From IMG/VR virus record IMGVR_UViG_3300020411_000003: a stretch of 64,000 nucleotides of DNA; one strand, given 5' to 3'. The translations under genes and the position numbers were made by a program. The notes under the pieces are model-generated. The model was not told the DNA's origin. It did not search any database and saw only the letters and a list, made by a program, of their open reading frames with translations. Each line of letters starts with the position of its first letter. The stretch's first letter is position 1. Source of the stretch: a virus. Shown here piece after piece: positions 9,099 to 18,510 of this stretch.

Positions 9099-10798
9099 AG
9101 TAGTTGTTTTAGGTCTCTTTTAGATAATCTTTCTTCTGATCTTTCCACTGAATTTGGAATGAATAACAGTTCTGCTCTTTCTGGTAAGTAGAGATATTGA
9201 ATCTCACTTTCTCGCATAGTTTTTAATGCATCGTCTATAGTTTCAACTATAGTATCTCCAGCTAGATTGAAAGATGTGTTAAACAATATAGGCACATCTG
9301 TTATGTGATAGAATGCCTCTATTAATTTATAGTAGTTTGGATTCTGTTCTTCTGATAAAGTTTGAATCCTACATGTATCATCAACATGAGTAATACAAGG
9401 TATCCTTTCAGGTTGTAATACATCTACTGCATACATCATATATGGTGATTCAGATAATCTATCCATATCAAACCATTCATGTGCATGGTCAGCAAGTACT
9501 GTTCCAGCAAAAGGTCTCCAGTGTTCTCTCTTCTTTACTGTATTGACTTTATCCTTTCCAGTAGGATCACGAGGATCATATAATATAGATCTGTTACCAA
9601 GAGCACGAGGACCATTCTCAGATCTACCTTGAGCAATAGCAACTATATGACCTTGACTAATTAAATCAGCAACACTTTCAGGAACAACCTCAGATACTTT
9701 AAACTCATCATCTTTTAACTGATAATCATATTCCAATGATTGTCCAAAGTATACATTGGTCAATGGTTTTATTTTTTTCTTTCTATATTGTTTGGGGCAT
9801 TCTCTTGCATAGGTTATATACGCTGCACCCATAGAAGTACCACAGTCACTAGACATAGGTTCTACATATAGATTAATATCTTTAGGTAGTCTTTTTAATA
9901 CTCTATAGTTACCAACACAATTTAAAGCACAACCACCAGTAAAGATAACATTAGAACATTTAGTTAATTCAACTGCTTTTAAAATATTTCTATAGATATA
10001 TTCTTCAAAATCTTTTTGTAATTTATAACAAAGATCTGCATGACGTTGAAACTTATCTTGTTCATTCTTAGAATATGAAATGTAATCCCATGGCCGTACT
10101 CTTGCCATAACATTCTTATGCTCATTATAATCTGCTAGAGCAAATACTTCTGGGTTACCACCCATCTCAGAAAGTATAGGTTTAATTCTATCATTAGTAT
10201 TTCCATAAGAGGAAAGACCCATTGTTTTACCACACTCTAAACTATCCCATCCTAAAAATTCTGTAATACCAGAATAAGCAAAACCTACACCAATACTTTT
10301 TGTGGGATGTACAAATGGTGGTGCTCCTTTGACAGTTTGATTATTATATCCAATAACTTTTTGATGTAAACATCTTGTAGCATTAGGATCTTGATTGAAA
10401 TAAAAGATACTTTCATTCTCCTTACCCCAATCATAATCAGCACCTGCACCATCTATAACAAGAACAGCTGCATCATTAAATCCTGAATTATAAAACGCAC
10501 ATGAGGCATGTAGAGAATGGTGGTAGTCCTTTGCTTCTACATACCTCTTAACTTTAATCCCGATCTTTTTAATATATTTAAAGTATGGACCAAAATCATT
10601 CTTGGTATTGTACAAATGTGTGTAAGCACATAAGTCAATCTCCTTAGTGTATTTGGCTACTAGATCCAGAGCATGAAATACTTCTCTGTCATATTTGACA
10701 TGTGTTAATCTCTCTTCTTGTATTGACAATACAACTTCATTGTCTTTCATGAGACAAATAGAAGCATCATGAGATCTATTAACACCAAGTATCCACAT
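9095..10798 (-). CDS. O-carbamoyltransferase (NodU/CmcH/TobZ family), copy 2
   Basis: Motifs EERLT, HHSLHA, GKTMGLSSYG, GGCALNC, GRSENGPRALGNRSIL, VKKREHWRPFA and NTSFN. Confidence 0.92.
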   Translation of the reverse strand: MWILGVNRSHDASICLMKDNEVVLSIQEERLTHVKYDREVFHALDLVAKYTKEIDLCAYTHLYNTKNDFGPYFKYIKKIGIKVKRYVEAKDYHHSLHASCAFYNSGFNDAAVLVIDGAGADYDWGKENESIFYFNQDPNATRCLHQKVIGYNNQTVKGAPPFVHPTKSIGVGFAYSGITEFLGWDSLECGKTMGLSSYGNTNDRIKPILSEMGGNPEVFALADYNEHKNVMARVRPWDYISYSKNEQDKFQRHADLCYKLQKDFEEYIYRNILKAVELTKCSNVIFTGGCALNCVGNYRVLKRLPKDINLYVEPMSSDCGTSMGAAYITYARECPKQYRKKKIKPLTNVYFGQSLEYDYQLKDDEFKVSEVVPESVADLISQGHIVAIAQGRSENGPRALGNRSILYDPRDPTGKDKVNTVKKREHWRPFAGTVLADHAHEWFDMDRLSESPYMMYAVDVLQPERIPCITHVDDTCRIQTLSEEQNPNYYKLIEAFYHITDVPILFNTSFNLAGDTIVETIDDALKTMRESEIQYLYLPERAELLFIPNSVERSEERLSKRDLKQLL

Positions 10799-10800
10799 AA

Positions 10801-11442
10801 TTAAGCAGGATTAAAATTAATATTTAAAACTATACGTTCAGTTGTGCTCTCTGGATAGCGAGAGGCATGATATCTTCGACCATCAAATAAGACTAATCTA
10901 CCTTGTTTAGGTTTAACAGTCTTAGCAACAGTAAAGAGACTGGGGTCATACCCATTAATAAACCTCTTGACCTCAAGATCTAGAAATTCATTAAAGAAAT
11001 GTGTTTCTCCATCACTATCATTAAGGTAATAAATTGCCGTGTATTTCAATCCATCACCTTGATAATCAACATGTGGAACATGATGAGGTTGTTTGTTCTT
11101 GTTCAATGTAAAGAGACCCAATCTTAATTGAACAAGATCCTTGATAGTCATGTTAATTTTTTCTTCCATCGAATACAGAAGAGGAACGAAGATATCATAC
11201 CACTCAGAATCTTTTCCCTCTCTGCCCCAAAGGATGTGCATGAACCCAGTAAACGAAGAATCCTCCACATCAATCTTAGAATCATTAAGTTTATTCTGTT
11301 CCCAGTACCATAATGGTGATGTTATGTCACGATTAAAGTACCATGGAAACTTAGAATCCATGACTGTTTGCTTCAGATGCTCCTGATATCTAGGATTGAT
11401 TACATCATCAATAACTAGTATATCTTCAAAGTGGTCAGTCAT
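10801..11442 (-). CDS. 2OG-Fe(II) oxygenase superfamily protein
   Basis: PHVD (HxD), TAIYYLNDSDGETHFF and PKQGRLVLFDGRRYHAS. Confidence 0.85.
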   Translation of the reverse strand: MTDHFEDILVIDDVINPRYQEHLKQTVMDSKFPWYFNRDITSPLWYWEQNKLNDSKIDVEDSSFTGFMHILWGREGKDSEWYDIFVPLLYSMEEKINMTIKDLVQLRLGLFTLNKNKQPHHVPHVDYQGDGLKYTAIYYLNDSDGETHFFNEFLDLEVKRFINGYDPSLFTVAKTVKPKQGRLVLFDGRRYHASRYPESTTERIVLNINFNPA

Positions 11443-13135
11443 CAGACTTGTTAGGAACCTTGACTAACTTTTGAATTTCTGGGAGATACATATATTCGAT
11501 CTCGCTTGTTTCTAATGTCTCTAACGCATCATGAATTGTTTCAACCAGAGGTTCACCTCCAAGATTGAAACTAGTGTTAAAGAGTATAGGTACACCTGTA
11601 ATCTTATCGAAAGCATCAATAAGTTTATAGTAGTGATCATTCTGTTCCTCCGTCACAGTTTGAATACGACATGTTCCATCAACATGAATAACTGACGGAA
11701 TCTTGTCTTCCACACCTTCATGACATCTAACTGCATACATCATGTGTGGAGTTTCTTCTCTTCCTTGAAGATCAAACCAATCATGAACATTCTCTTTCTT
11801 AATAGAACATGCAAATGGTCTAAACCACTCACGATGTTTAACACCATTAACAATATCCTTACCATCTTTAACAGTAGGATCAAAGAGAATAGATCTATTA
11901 CCTAAAGCACGAGGACCACCTTCAGATCTTCCTTGGAAGATAGTTACAATATTACCTTCACGAATAAGTGCAGCAACATCATCATAGGTAGTATCTTTTA
12001 CATCTAAACCAGCAATAGCTTCTTCATAAGTTGCAGGATCATACTGAGGACCATAGTAAACAGATGCTTGCTTTCTAGGTTCTTCATTATCAGTAAGTTG
12101 ATGTAACTTATAAAGTGCTCCACCGATAGATGTACCACCATCATGTGAGATAGGTTCACAATAGATGTTTAGATCAGGGAAGCGTTCCCAATACTTATAG
12201 TTTGCAACACAGTTAAGACCATAACCACCACAAACTACAATATTCTTTTCACCAGTTAACTCAACTGCTTTCTCAATCAACTGACACATACGTTCAGAAG
12301 TTTCTTCTTGAATCTTATATGCCATATCCTTTTGGATATCTGTATGATCAAGTCTCTCACCCTTTTGATGATATTTCATATCCTCAGAAAGGATAGGGAA
12401 TCTTGCTGCATTGATTTGAGCAGCATTAGGATATGTCGGTACAATTAGATCTCTATTACCCCAACCATCCCTAAAGAATGAAGGTAACTTATCATTTGGT
12501 TTACCATATGGAGCAAGACCCATAAGTTTACCTGCTTCAATAGCAGGGAACCCACAATACTGTGTTACTGCTTCATACATTTTAGTATGACCAGGATATT
12601 CAGTAATGAATGTATTAGGTTCTGGTTCATGGAAACCAATAGCAGCTTTAGTTCCTACATGCTTCCATACTTGCTCAAACTCTTCTGGATACTCTGCATG
12701 GAATATAGTTTCAAATTCATACAAGGTATCTGGAACCTCACTCATTTGTAAGAAACTTCCAGCACCATCAGCAATGACACAAGCAGCAGTTTCAAAACCA
12801 GAATTATAGAAACCACATGCAGCATGCATTTCATGGTGGTTTAAATCAATGTAAGTTGTTTCAAACGTAAATTTCTTACGAGCAATCTTCCTTACAAGAC
12901 CCTCATACATATGTTCACCAGTCCAATCAAGATTAGGACCAGATCTATGTGTATGGCAAACAACTAAGTGATCAATATGATCAACATATTCAAATGCCTT
13001 GAGGATACCTAACATAGGAGATCCATCATACTTAAATCTACTAAGTCTTTCTTCTTCGAGATAGAAAACTATCTCACCGTCTACCATTAGACAGGTACTA
13101 CCGTTGTGTCCACGTGCAACCGCTAAAATAATCAT
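11435..13135 (-). CDS. O-carbamoyltransferase (NodU/CmcH/TobZ family), copy 1
   Basis: Motifs EERLSR, HHEMHA, GKLMGLAPYG, GGYGLNC, GRSEGGPRALGNRSIL, VKHREWFRPFA and NTSFN. Confidence 0.92.
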   Translation of the reverse strand: MIILAVARGHNGSTCLMVDGEIVFYLEEERLSRFKYDGSPMLGILKAFEYVDHIDHLVVCHTHRSGPNLDWTGEHMYEGLVRKIARKKFTFETTYIDLNHHEMHAACGFYNSGFETAACVIADGAGSFLQMSEVPDTLYEFETIFHAEYPEEFEQVWKHVGTKAAIGFHEPEPNTFITEYPGHTKMYEAVTQYCGFPAIEAGKLMGLAPYGKPNDKLPSFFRDGWGNRDLIVPTYPNAAQINAARFPILSEDMKYHQKGERLDHTDIQKDMAYKIQEETSERMCQLIEKAVELTGEKNIVVCGGYGLNCVANYKYWERFPDLNIYCEPISHDGGTSIGGALYKLHQLTDNEEPRKQASVYYGPQYDPATYEEAIAGLDVKDTTYDDVAALIREGNIVTIFQGRSEGGPRALGNRSILFDPTVKDGKDIVNGVKHREWFRPFACSIKKENVHDWFDLQGREETPHMMYAVRCHEGVEDKIPSVIHVDGTCRIQTVTEEQNDHYYKLIDAFDKITGVPILFNTSFNLGGEPLVETIHDALETLETSEIEYMYLPEIQKLVKVPNKSDD

Positions 13136-13141
13136 GTTACC

Positions 13142-14329
13142 TCACTTAGTTTTTATTACATCAGCAAACCCTGAAGGGGTCTTACTCAATGGTTTAATAT
13201 CACATTGATCAGCCATCAATGCTGGAATCAGATTTGGATTGTTAGATTTCTTTGGTTCTTTTGAACCTAAAGATGGCATAGGCATCATCCCGTTAGCCTT
13301 CTGTTTCTTCATCTCTTCTTCCATCTGTAGAGTATAATCTACTTGTTGCTGCATCTCATCAGGAAGTCTGATAACTTTATCAGAAGCTTTATAATACTTC
13401 TTCATAAGTTTATCAACCTCTTGCATGATAACAGCTTCAACCTTATCATTCATCGCCATAATACGATCATTGACTCTGTTGGTGTATTCATCAATGGTGA
13501 TACGAATGGGATCGTATACTCTTAAACCTTCACCCATATCAAGAACAGTGAACTTCTTATCATCTGGGTAACTAATGTTTTCTTTGAATGTAGATCCAAC
13601 AACTACAACTGCTGGTTTATCAAATGCTTTCGCAATGTGTTGTCCAACAGAATCACAACCAACAAACAAATCAGCTGCTTTAATAGCACCAGCAAGTTCC
13701 CTTAAAGATCTACCTTGAGGATGAGATACAGTTTCTGTAAATCCTTCCTTCTCAAAATCAATTGTTAATTCTGATAGAAGAATAAGAGAATATTTCTTCT
13801 GTAACTTCTTCATGATACTGATTACATTATTAAATTCGAAACTTCTTCCAGAAGTATCCATAATAATATTACCAGCAGTCTGAACTCCTCTACCAAATGG
13901 TTGGAAGACTACAGTTTTCTTTTTCTTAGTTCTTTGTCTGACCTCTTCTACAATAAAGATTCCAGTTGTTTCTTCTTCTCTGGAAAGTTTAATTGTTGGT
14001 TTAGGCAACTCTCTTGGTTCAGACAAACCATTGATCTCAATATCAAATGCTTGAGAGAGGTTGCATTTTTGATTATAGTAATGCCAGATTCTATATGGTT
14101 CTGGTGTAACTATATCTGTGTGTTTAATCTTGTCTTCGAAAAGATCTTTATGCCAATGGTCGTAGCATTTCCTGTGTAGAGAAGGATGACCTTTAAAAAA
14201 ATCTGTACCACCTTCACAGACAATTACAAAGTCTTCGTCTGGGTGTTCTTCTTGATATTTTTCGAAAGCAGGGATGGAGCAGAGTACACGTCCTGCACCA
14301 CCATTTATAAAAAATGATTTGGGTCTCAT
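13142..14329 (-). CDS. GT9-like (ADP-heptose heptosyltransferase-like) glycosyltransferase
   Basis: GGAGRVLCSIPA near the N-terminus; LRELAGAIKAADLFVGCDSVGQHIAKAFDKPAVVVVGST matches the GT9 DSG..H.A.A...P.V..G motif. Start moved to the ATG at 14329 (MRPKS). Confidence 0.75.
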   Translation of the reverse strand: MRPKSFFINGGAGRVLCSIPAFEKYQEEHPDEDFVIVCEGGTDFFKGHPSLHRKCYDHWHKDLFEDKIKHTDIVTPEPYRIWHYYNQKCNLSQAFDIEINGLSEPRELPKPTIKLSREEETTGIFIVEEVRQRTKKKKTVVFQPFGRGVQTAGNIIMDTSGRSFEFNNVISIMKKLQKKYSLILLSELTIDFEKEGFTETVSHPQGRSLRELAGAIKAADLFVGCDSVGQHIAKAFDKPAVVVVGSTFKENISYPDDKKFTVLDMGEGLRVYDPIRITIDEYTNRVNDRIMAMNDKVEAVIMQEVDKLMKKYYKASDKVIRLPDEMQQQVDYTLQMEEEMKKQKANGMMPMPSLGSKEPKKSNNPNLIPALMADQCDIKPLSKTPSGFADVIKTK

Positions 14330-14377
14330 AATATGTTTAATATAGAATGATATAGAAGATTTATTCAACTTCGCTAC

Positions 14378-14385
14378 TATTTATA
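14378..14385 (-). promoter_or_regulatory. T4-type late promoter TATAAATA driving the GT9-carbamoyltransferase-heptose cassette
   Basis: Exact TATAAATA on -, just downstream of a terminator and upstream of the GT9 gene. Confidence 0.8.
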
Positions 14386-14390
14386 CGCAT

Positions 14391-14418
14391 AAAAAAGGAC
14401 GGATATTACTCCGTCCTT
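14391..14418 (-). terminator. Intrinsic terminator
   Basis: Stem AAGGACGGA/TCCGTCCTT (9 bp), 6-nt loop, then a U-run on -. Confidence 0.85.
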
Positions 14419-14439
14419 CCGATCCATCTCGAACTTTTT

Positions 14440-15279
14440 TTAACCTCTCAGAACCTGTGGTTGTGCGTTCTCAATATTTGTAGGATCTGGAGTCTCTAGA
14501 GACTTGGTTAATCCTGTAGCAGCATCGATCAACTCATCGTAGTCAGTAACACGATAGTCATATCCATCGATCCAAGGAGTACGAGGATCATCAGGGAATG
14601 GAATCATGTGAGGTCCCCAACCATCAGCAGCAGGGAACTTAGTATAGAGTTGATTTAATTCTGCAATGAAAGATGTAAGAGCAGCTCTTTGCTGATCAGT
14701 AAGGTTACCCTGACCACCATTTTCAGTTGCTTCTGCATCTAAGACTGCTTGAGCATCATTCATTAATGTATCACGAGCAGCTTGATGTTGCTCCATTGTG
14801 ATCCAAGGCTTGAACCAAGGAAGAGGAGACTTCCAAGCACCTGCTGCTTGATCATACTCAATCTCGTCAGCTGCATAGGCATGGTCAGGTGAGATAGGGT
14901 CAGGACGCTCATAATAAACTGTGTCATCACCAGCAATTTTATATTCTTTCTGAGGATAACCAGCTGCTTTACCAGTATCTTTACCGAAGTAAATTGCACC
15001 GATGATTGCTTCCTCATCAGTAGGAGAGTTCATATCAATGAGAACTGCAATCTCATCTACTCCAGCACGAATGTTTGCATTCTCTGTATCTTCAGCAGAT
15101 GGTTGTCTGTTGAATGCGATGCAAGACTGAGATGGAAGCAACTTACCACTTGCTTTATCGACAAACACAAACATCCAACGTGGACCTTCGTATGTCCAAC
15201 TAGCAGTAAGACCTAGTGCATCCGTTTGCGCCAAGTAATCGTCTGGCACTTTATAAGTGAATGTTTTTGAAAAAGCCAT
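14440..15279 (-). CDS. Hypothetical protein (acidic, 279 aa), possibly a fibre-assembly accessory
   Basis: Clean ORF between its own late promoter and a terminator; no family recognised. Confidence 0.7.
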   Translation of the reverse strand: MAFSKTFTYKVPDDYLAQTDALGLTASWTYEGPRWMFVFVDKASGKLLPSQSCIAFNRQPSAEDTENANIRAGVDEIAVLIDMNSPTDEEAIIGAIYFGKDTGKAAGYPQKEYKIAGDDTVYYERPDPISPDHAYAADEIEYDQAAGAWKSPLPWFKPWITMEQHQAARDTLMNDAQAVLDAEATENGGQGNLTDQQRAALTSFIAELNQLYTKFPAADGWGPHMIPFPDDPRTPWIDGYDYRVTDYDELIDAATGLTKSLETPDPTNIENAQPQVLRG

Positions 15280-15303
15280 AACCTTAGTTTACCTATACCT
15301 TGT

Positions 15304-15311
15304 TATTTATA
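15304..15311 (-). promoter_or_regulatory. T4-type late promoter TATAAATA
   Basis: Exact match, 25 nt upstream of the ATG at 15279. Confidence 0.75.
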
Positions 15312-15319
15312 CAATTTGA

Positions 15320-16222
15320 TTAGTTTTCGTCGTACTTGTAATTGATACGGATCATACCAGAAGTACCATTTTGACCGTAGCAGCATCCACCACCACAAGT
15401 CCATCCAGAAGGACCACCAACACCAGGAACAAAGTTGTGATCAGAGAATGATCCACCCCATCCTAATTGTGCAGTTGACCAATGAAGTAAGCAATAACCA
15501 CATCCACTGTTTTCACATTGGATACCAGTCATCCATCCACCCTTACCGTTAACTAATCCAGCAGGATAAGGAACATGTTGCTTATTATAGCAATGCTGAT
15601 TATAACAGAAGAGATAAGCAGCACCAGGAACACCATATGCTCCACCGTCTGCACCGTGATAAGTTGCACAGCAACCACCAGGACAACTACTTAAACACAT
15701 ACTATTCCATGTGCAGCAGCATTGGAAGCAGCAAGAGCATCCTCCTCCACCACCTCTAGCACAGAAGTTACTTAAGTTTGGTCCAGTAATGTAGGTTGAG
15801 TTACCTTGATTACCACACTGACTACCAGTTCTACCGCAACCAGGAGTACCAACGCAAAGATCGTAAACGCAATTTGCTAATACGTTCTTATCACATTGAA
15901 TACGTTTCCAAGCATATGCACCAGCACCAGCAGGAATACCACGTGAGCAGCAGCATGAAGAACCACCGCCTCCACCAGCACCCCAGATCTCAAAGATAAC
16001 ATCACAAACCCCAGTTGGAACACACCATTGAGGATATCTATAGTAGTTGTAATTTGTAGAAAATTCACTACATGTAGATCCACAAGCACCAACAAAGTAC
16101 TGAACACAATAACCTTCAGAAGGTAATTTTGCTAGTTTTGTTGTAGCGTCAGGAGCAGAAAGTCCTTCTAACGAATCTGACGTGACGAATCCTAATAGAT
16201 CTCGTAAATTAGTGTTTGGCAT
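15320..16222 (-). CDS. Cys/Gly-rich protein, paralogue 3 (glycine-rich fibre-tip-like domain)
   Basis: 300 aa with about 32 Cys; NLRDLL N-terminus, WCVP..FEIWGAGGGGG.SCCC, PYPAGL and CGGGCCYG...G.IRI.Y. Confidence 0.8.
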   Translation of the reverse strand: MPNTNLRDLLGFVTSDSLEGLSAPDATTKLAKLPSEGYCVQYFVGACGSTCSEFSTNYNYYRYPQWCVPTGVCDVIFEIWGAGGGGGSSCCCSRGIPAGAGAYAWKRIQCDKNVLANCVYDLCVGTPGCGRTGSQCGNQGNSTYITGPNLSNFCARGGGGGCSCCFQCCCTWNSMCLSSCPGGCCATYHGADGGAYGVPGAAYLFCYNQHCYNKQHVPYPAGLVNGKGGWMTGIQCENSGCGYCLLHWSTAQLGWGGSFSDHNFVPGVGGPSGWTCGGGCCYGQNGTSGMIRINYKYDEN

Positions 16223-16246
16223 TCTTAAGTTCCTCTATCCTCTTAT

Positions 16247-17185
16247 TTAGTTAAAGTAGTACCAAGCGCAGTCTTCATTCGAAGTTTCTGACTTTAACCA
16301 GCAGGAGCAGTAAGTGATTCTAATTAGACCACCGCCTCCACGCCATCCGTAACAGCATCCACCGCCACAAGCAGTAGCAGAAGGTGAACCAACACCAGGA
16401 AGACCTGGACCACCGTTACAGTTAATGTTGTATGCCCAAGGAGTTGTACCTGTGCAATACATGTATTCATGGATGCATGCATTACCCTGATAGTTCTGAG
16501 TAATATGTCCACCCAAGTTGTTAATCAAACCAGCAGGATAAGGCATCATACCTTTAGCCCAACAGTTATTACCATCACAAGCATTGTACATAAATCCAGG
16601 TTTACCCTTGATCATGCAATCTCCACCGTAGGAACATGCACCATCACTATGGAGGTTCCATCCACCACATCCACCCCAAGAAACTTTATCTTGGCATCTA
16701 TATGTTGAGTTCCAGAATGCCCAGCAGCATGTCTTACCAGGAAGTCCACCATCAGCACAGAGGTTACTTAAGTTGCAACCACCAACCCATGTCTTACATC
16801 CTCTAATACCACAGCAGCATCTAGAGCAACAAGTTGTTGATGCAACGCAAAGTTGATAACACCAACCACCTCGTATTTGGGGATACTCTAAAGTCTTACG
16901 TACATATCCACCAGCACCACCAGGAATACCCTGTTGACAGCAGCAAGCACCACCGCCTGAACCGCCACCACCCCACAACTCGAAGGTTGCTTGAGTAGTT
17001 CCACAAGGAACGCACCAATATTGAATACAATAGTTTCTGTAACTATTGTCACAGTTACCTTGTGTACAATAAGGGTGGAATAAGAACACCCTACCTTCGT
17101 GATTCCTTTCTAACGCAGTATTTTCTGCTACGGTTTGATCGATTGTTGAGGCAAACTCTCTGCCTAATAGTTCTCGTAAATTCAT
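16247..17185 (-). CDS. Cys/Gly-rich protein, paralogue 2
   Basis: 312 aa with about 35 Cys; NLRELL, WCVP..FELWGGGGSGGGACCC, PYPAGL and CGGGCCYG. Confidence 0.8.
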   Translation of the reverse strand: MNLRELLGREFASTIDQTVAENTALERNHEGRVFLFHPYCTQGNCDNSYRNYCIQYWCVPCGTTQATFELWGGGGSGGGACCCQQGIPGGAGGYVRKTLEYPQIRGGWCYQLCVASTTCCSRCCCGIRGCKTWVGGCNLSNLCADGGLPGKTCCWAFWNSTYRCQDKVSWGGCGGWNLHSDGACSYGGDCMIKGKPGFMYNACDGNNCWAKGMMPYPAGLINNLGGHITQNYQGNACIHEYMYCTGTTPWAYNINCNGGPGLPGVGSPSATACGGGCCYGWRGGGGLIRITYCSCWLKSETSNEDCAWYYFN

Positions 17186-17204
17186 TGTACTCTTATATCT
17201 CCTA

Positions 17205-18131
17205 TTAGGTCTTGCAGAATAATGTTACTCTCACGAGACCGTGAGCACCCTCAGAGGAGCAGCAGCAACCGCCACCAAACACCTGAGCAGATGTACCACC
17301 AGAACCAGGAACACCGTTTCTCCAACAGTCTCCTGATAGTCCACCATTGTTACCACTCATCCATAATGTTTGTCTTCTACCACAAGATGCCATATCAGGT
17401 TTTCTTGCAGCATTAACAACACCATAACGAGCACCAAACATAGGAGGGTTAGGATGATAATCCTTCTTCATGCACCAGTTACCGCAACCAGGGTTGCAAT
17501 CATAATGAATGTATGGTGAAAGACCGTTCCAATACCACTTACCAGCTCTCTCACATGATTCCATGCAATCGCTGCTCTTAAGGTCATAATGCTCATACTG
17601 TCCTCTACAGCAAGCAGGACCACATTGATGTATCCTTGTCCTACAAGCGAAGTATGAATCAACCCAGTGACAACAGTTCCAACCGTGACAACCACCACAA
17701 GCACAGAAGTCACTTAATCCAGGACCACTAATGTATGACTTACATCCGTCAAAACCACCTCTAGATGGGTGACGACATGTACCACCTGCTACACAGATGT
17801 CATAACAGCATCCATCTAATTGGGAGACTCCTTGTACTTGAGCACAAACTGTACATGATTGATACTGTCCAGAGAACCCGTTCCAAGCAATTGAACAACA
17901 ACATGTACCAGAGCCTCCTCCTCCACCGCCCCAGAGTTCGAACTTAACTTTACAAATGCAGCAGTTTGGAACGCACCATCTTATACGCTGCCAGTCATAG
18001 TTGTAAGAACTTCCGAACTCCCAACAGTGGTTGCCTCTGTAATATAATTGATGTTGCCCACCACCCATATAAGTCTGAATAGGGACTATATTGGCATCAG
18101 GTACATCTAATAAATCTCGTAAACTTGACAT
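17205..18131 (-). CDS. Cys/Gly-rich protein, paralogue 1
   Basis: 308 aa with about 35 Cys; SLRDLL, WCVP..FELWGGGGGGSGTCCC and FGGGCCC...GLVRVT. Confidence 0.8.
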   Translation of the reverse strand: MSSLRDLLDVPDANIVPIQTYMGGGQHQLYYRGNHCWEFGSSYNYDWQRIRWCVPNCCICKVKFELWGGGGGGSGTCCCSIAWNGFSGQYQSCTVCAQVQGVSQLDGCCYDICVAGGTCRHPSRGGFDGCKSYISGPGLSDFCACGGCHGWNCCHWVDSYFACRTRIHQCGPACCRGQYEHYDLKSSDCMESCERAGKWYWNGLSPYIHYDCNPGCGNWCMKKDYHPNPPMFGARYGVVNAARKPDMASCGRRQTLWMSGNNGGLSGDCWRNGVPGSGGTSAQVFGGGCCCSSEGAHGLVRVTLFCKT

Positions 18132-18152
18132 TTCGGCTACCCGTTATTTTTA

Positions 18153-18476
18153 TTAGTTGGACAGTATGGACCATCCGTAAGCAGAGCCTGTATAGATCAG
18201 TTCAAGTGAAGCATTTTTAATGTCGAAATCTAAGTTTTCTGCTAAGTTAGCAATTTTGTGACCATTGCGATCAACTGTTACTTTATTAGTGTCACAATTT
18301 CCAGCAGCATCAATTAAATTGATACGATCACCAATCTTACCATTTGCAGGTAAAGTAATTGTGAATGCTGATCCTGTTGTGTCAAGTAATAATATTTGTC
18401 CAGCTAAAACTGAATGAGCAGATGTAACTGCTACAGTTTCTCTTGTGTCAGATACTGGTGTAAGGTTGCGTCCCAT
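18153..18476 (-). CDS. Small tail-fibre-associated protein
   Basis: LDTTGSAFTITLPA..IGD.I..ID....DTN.VTV...G..I, a domain common in T4-like fibre proteins; similar to the C-terminal half of 23396-23857. Confidence 0.7.
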   Translation of the reverse strand: MGRNLTPVSDTRETVAVTSAHSVLAGQILLLDTTGSAFTITLPANGKIGDRINLIDAAGNCDTNKVTVDRNGHKIANLAENLDFDIKNASLELIYTGSAYGWSILSN

Positions 18477-18510
18477 TTTTCTAATATCTCCGTGTGTTTC
18501 TATTTATTAA

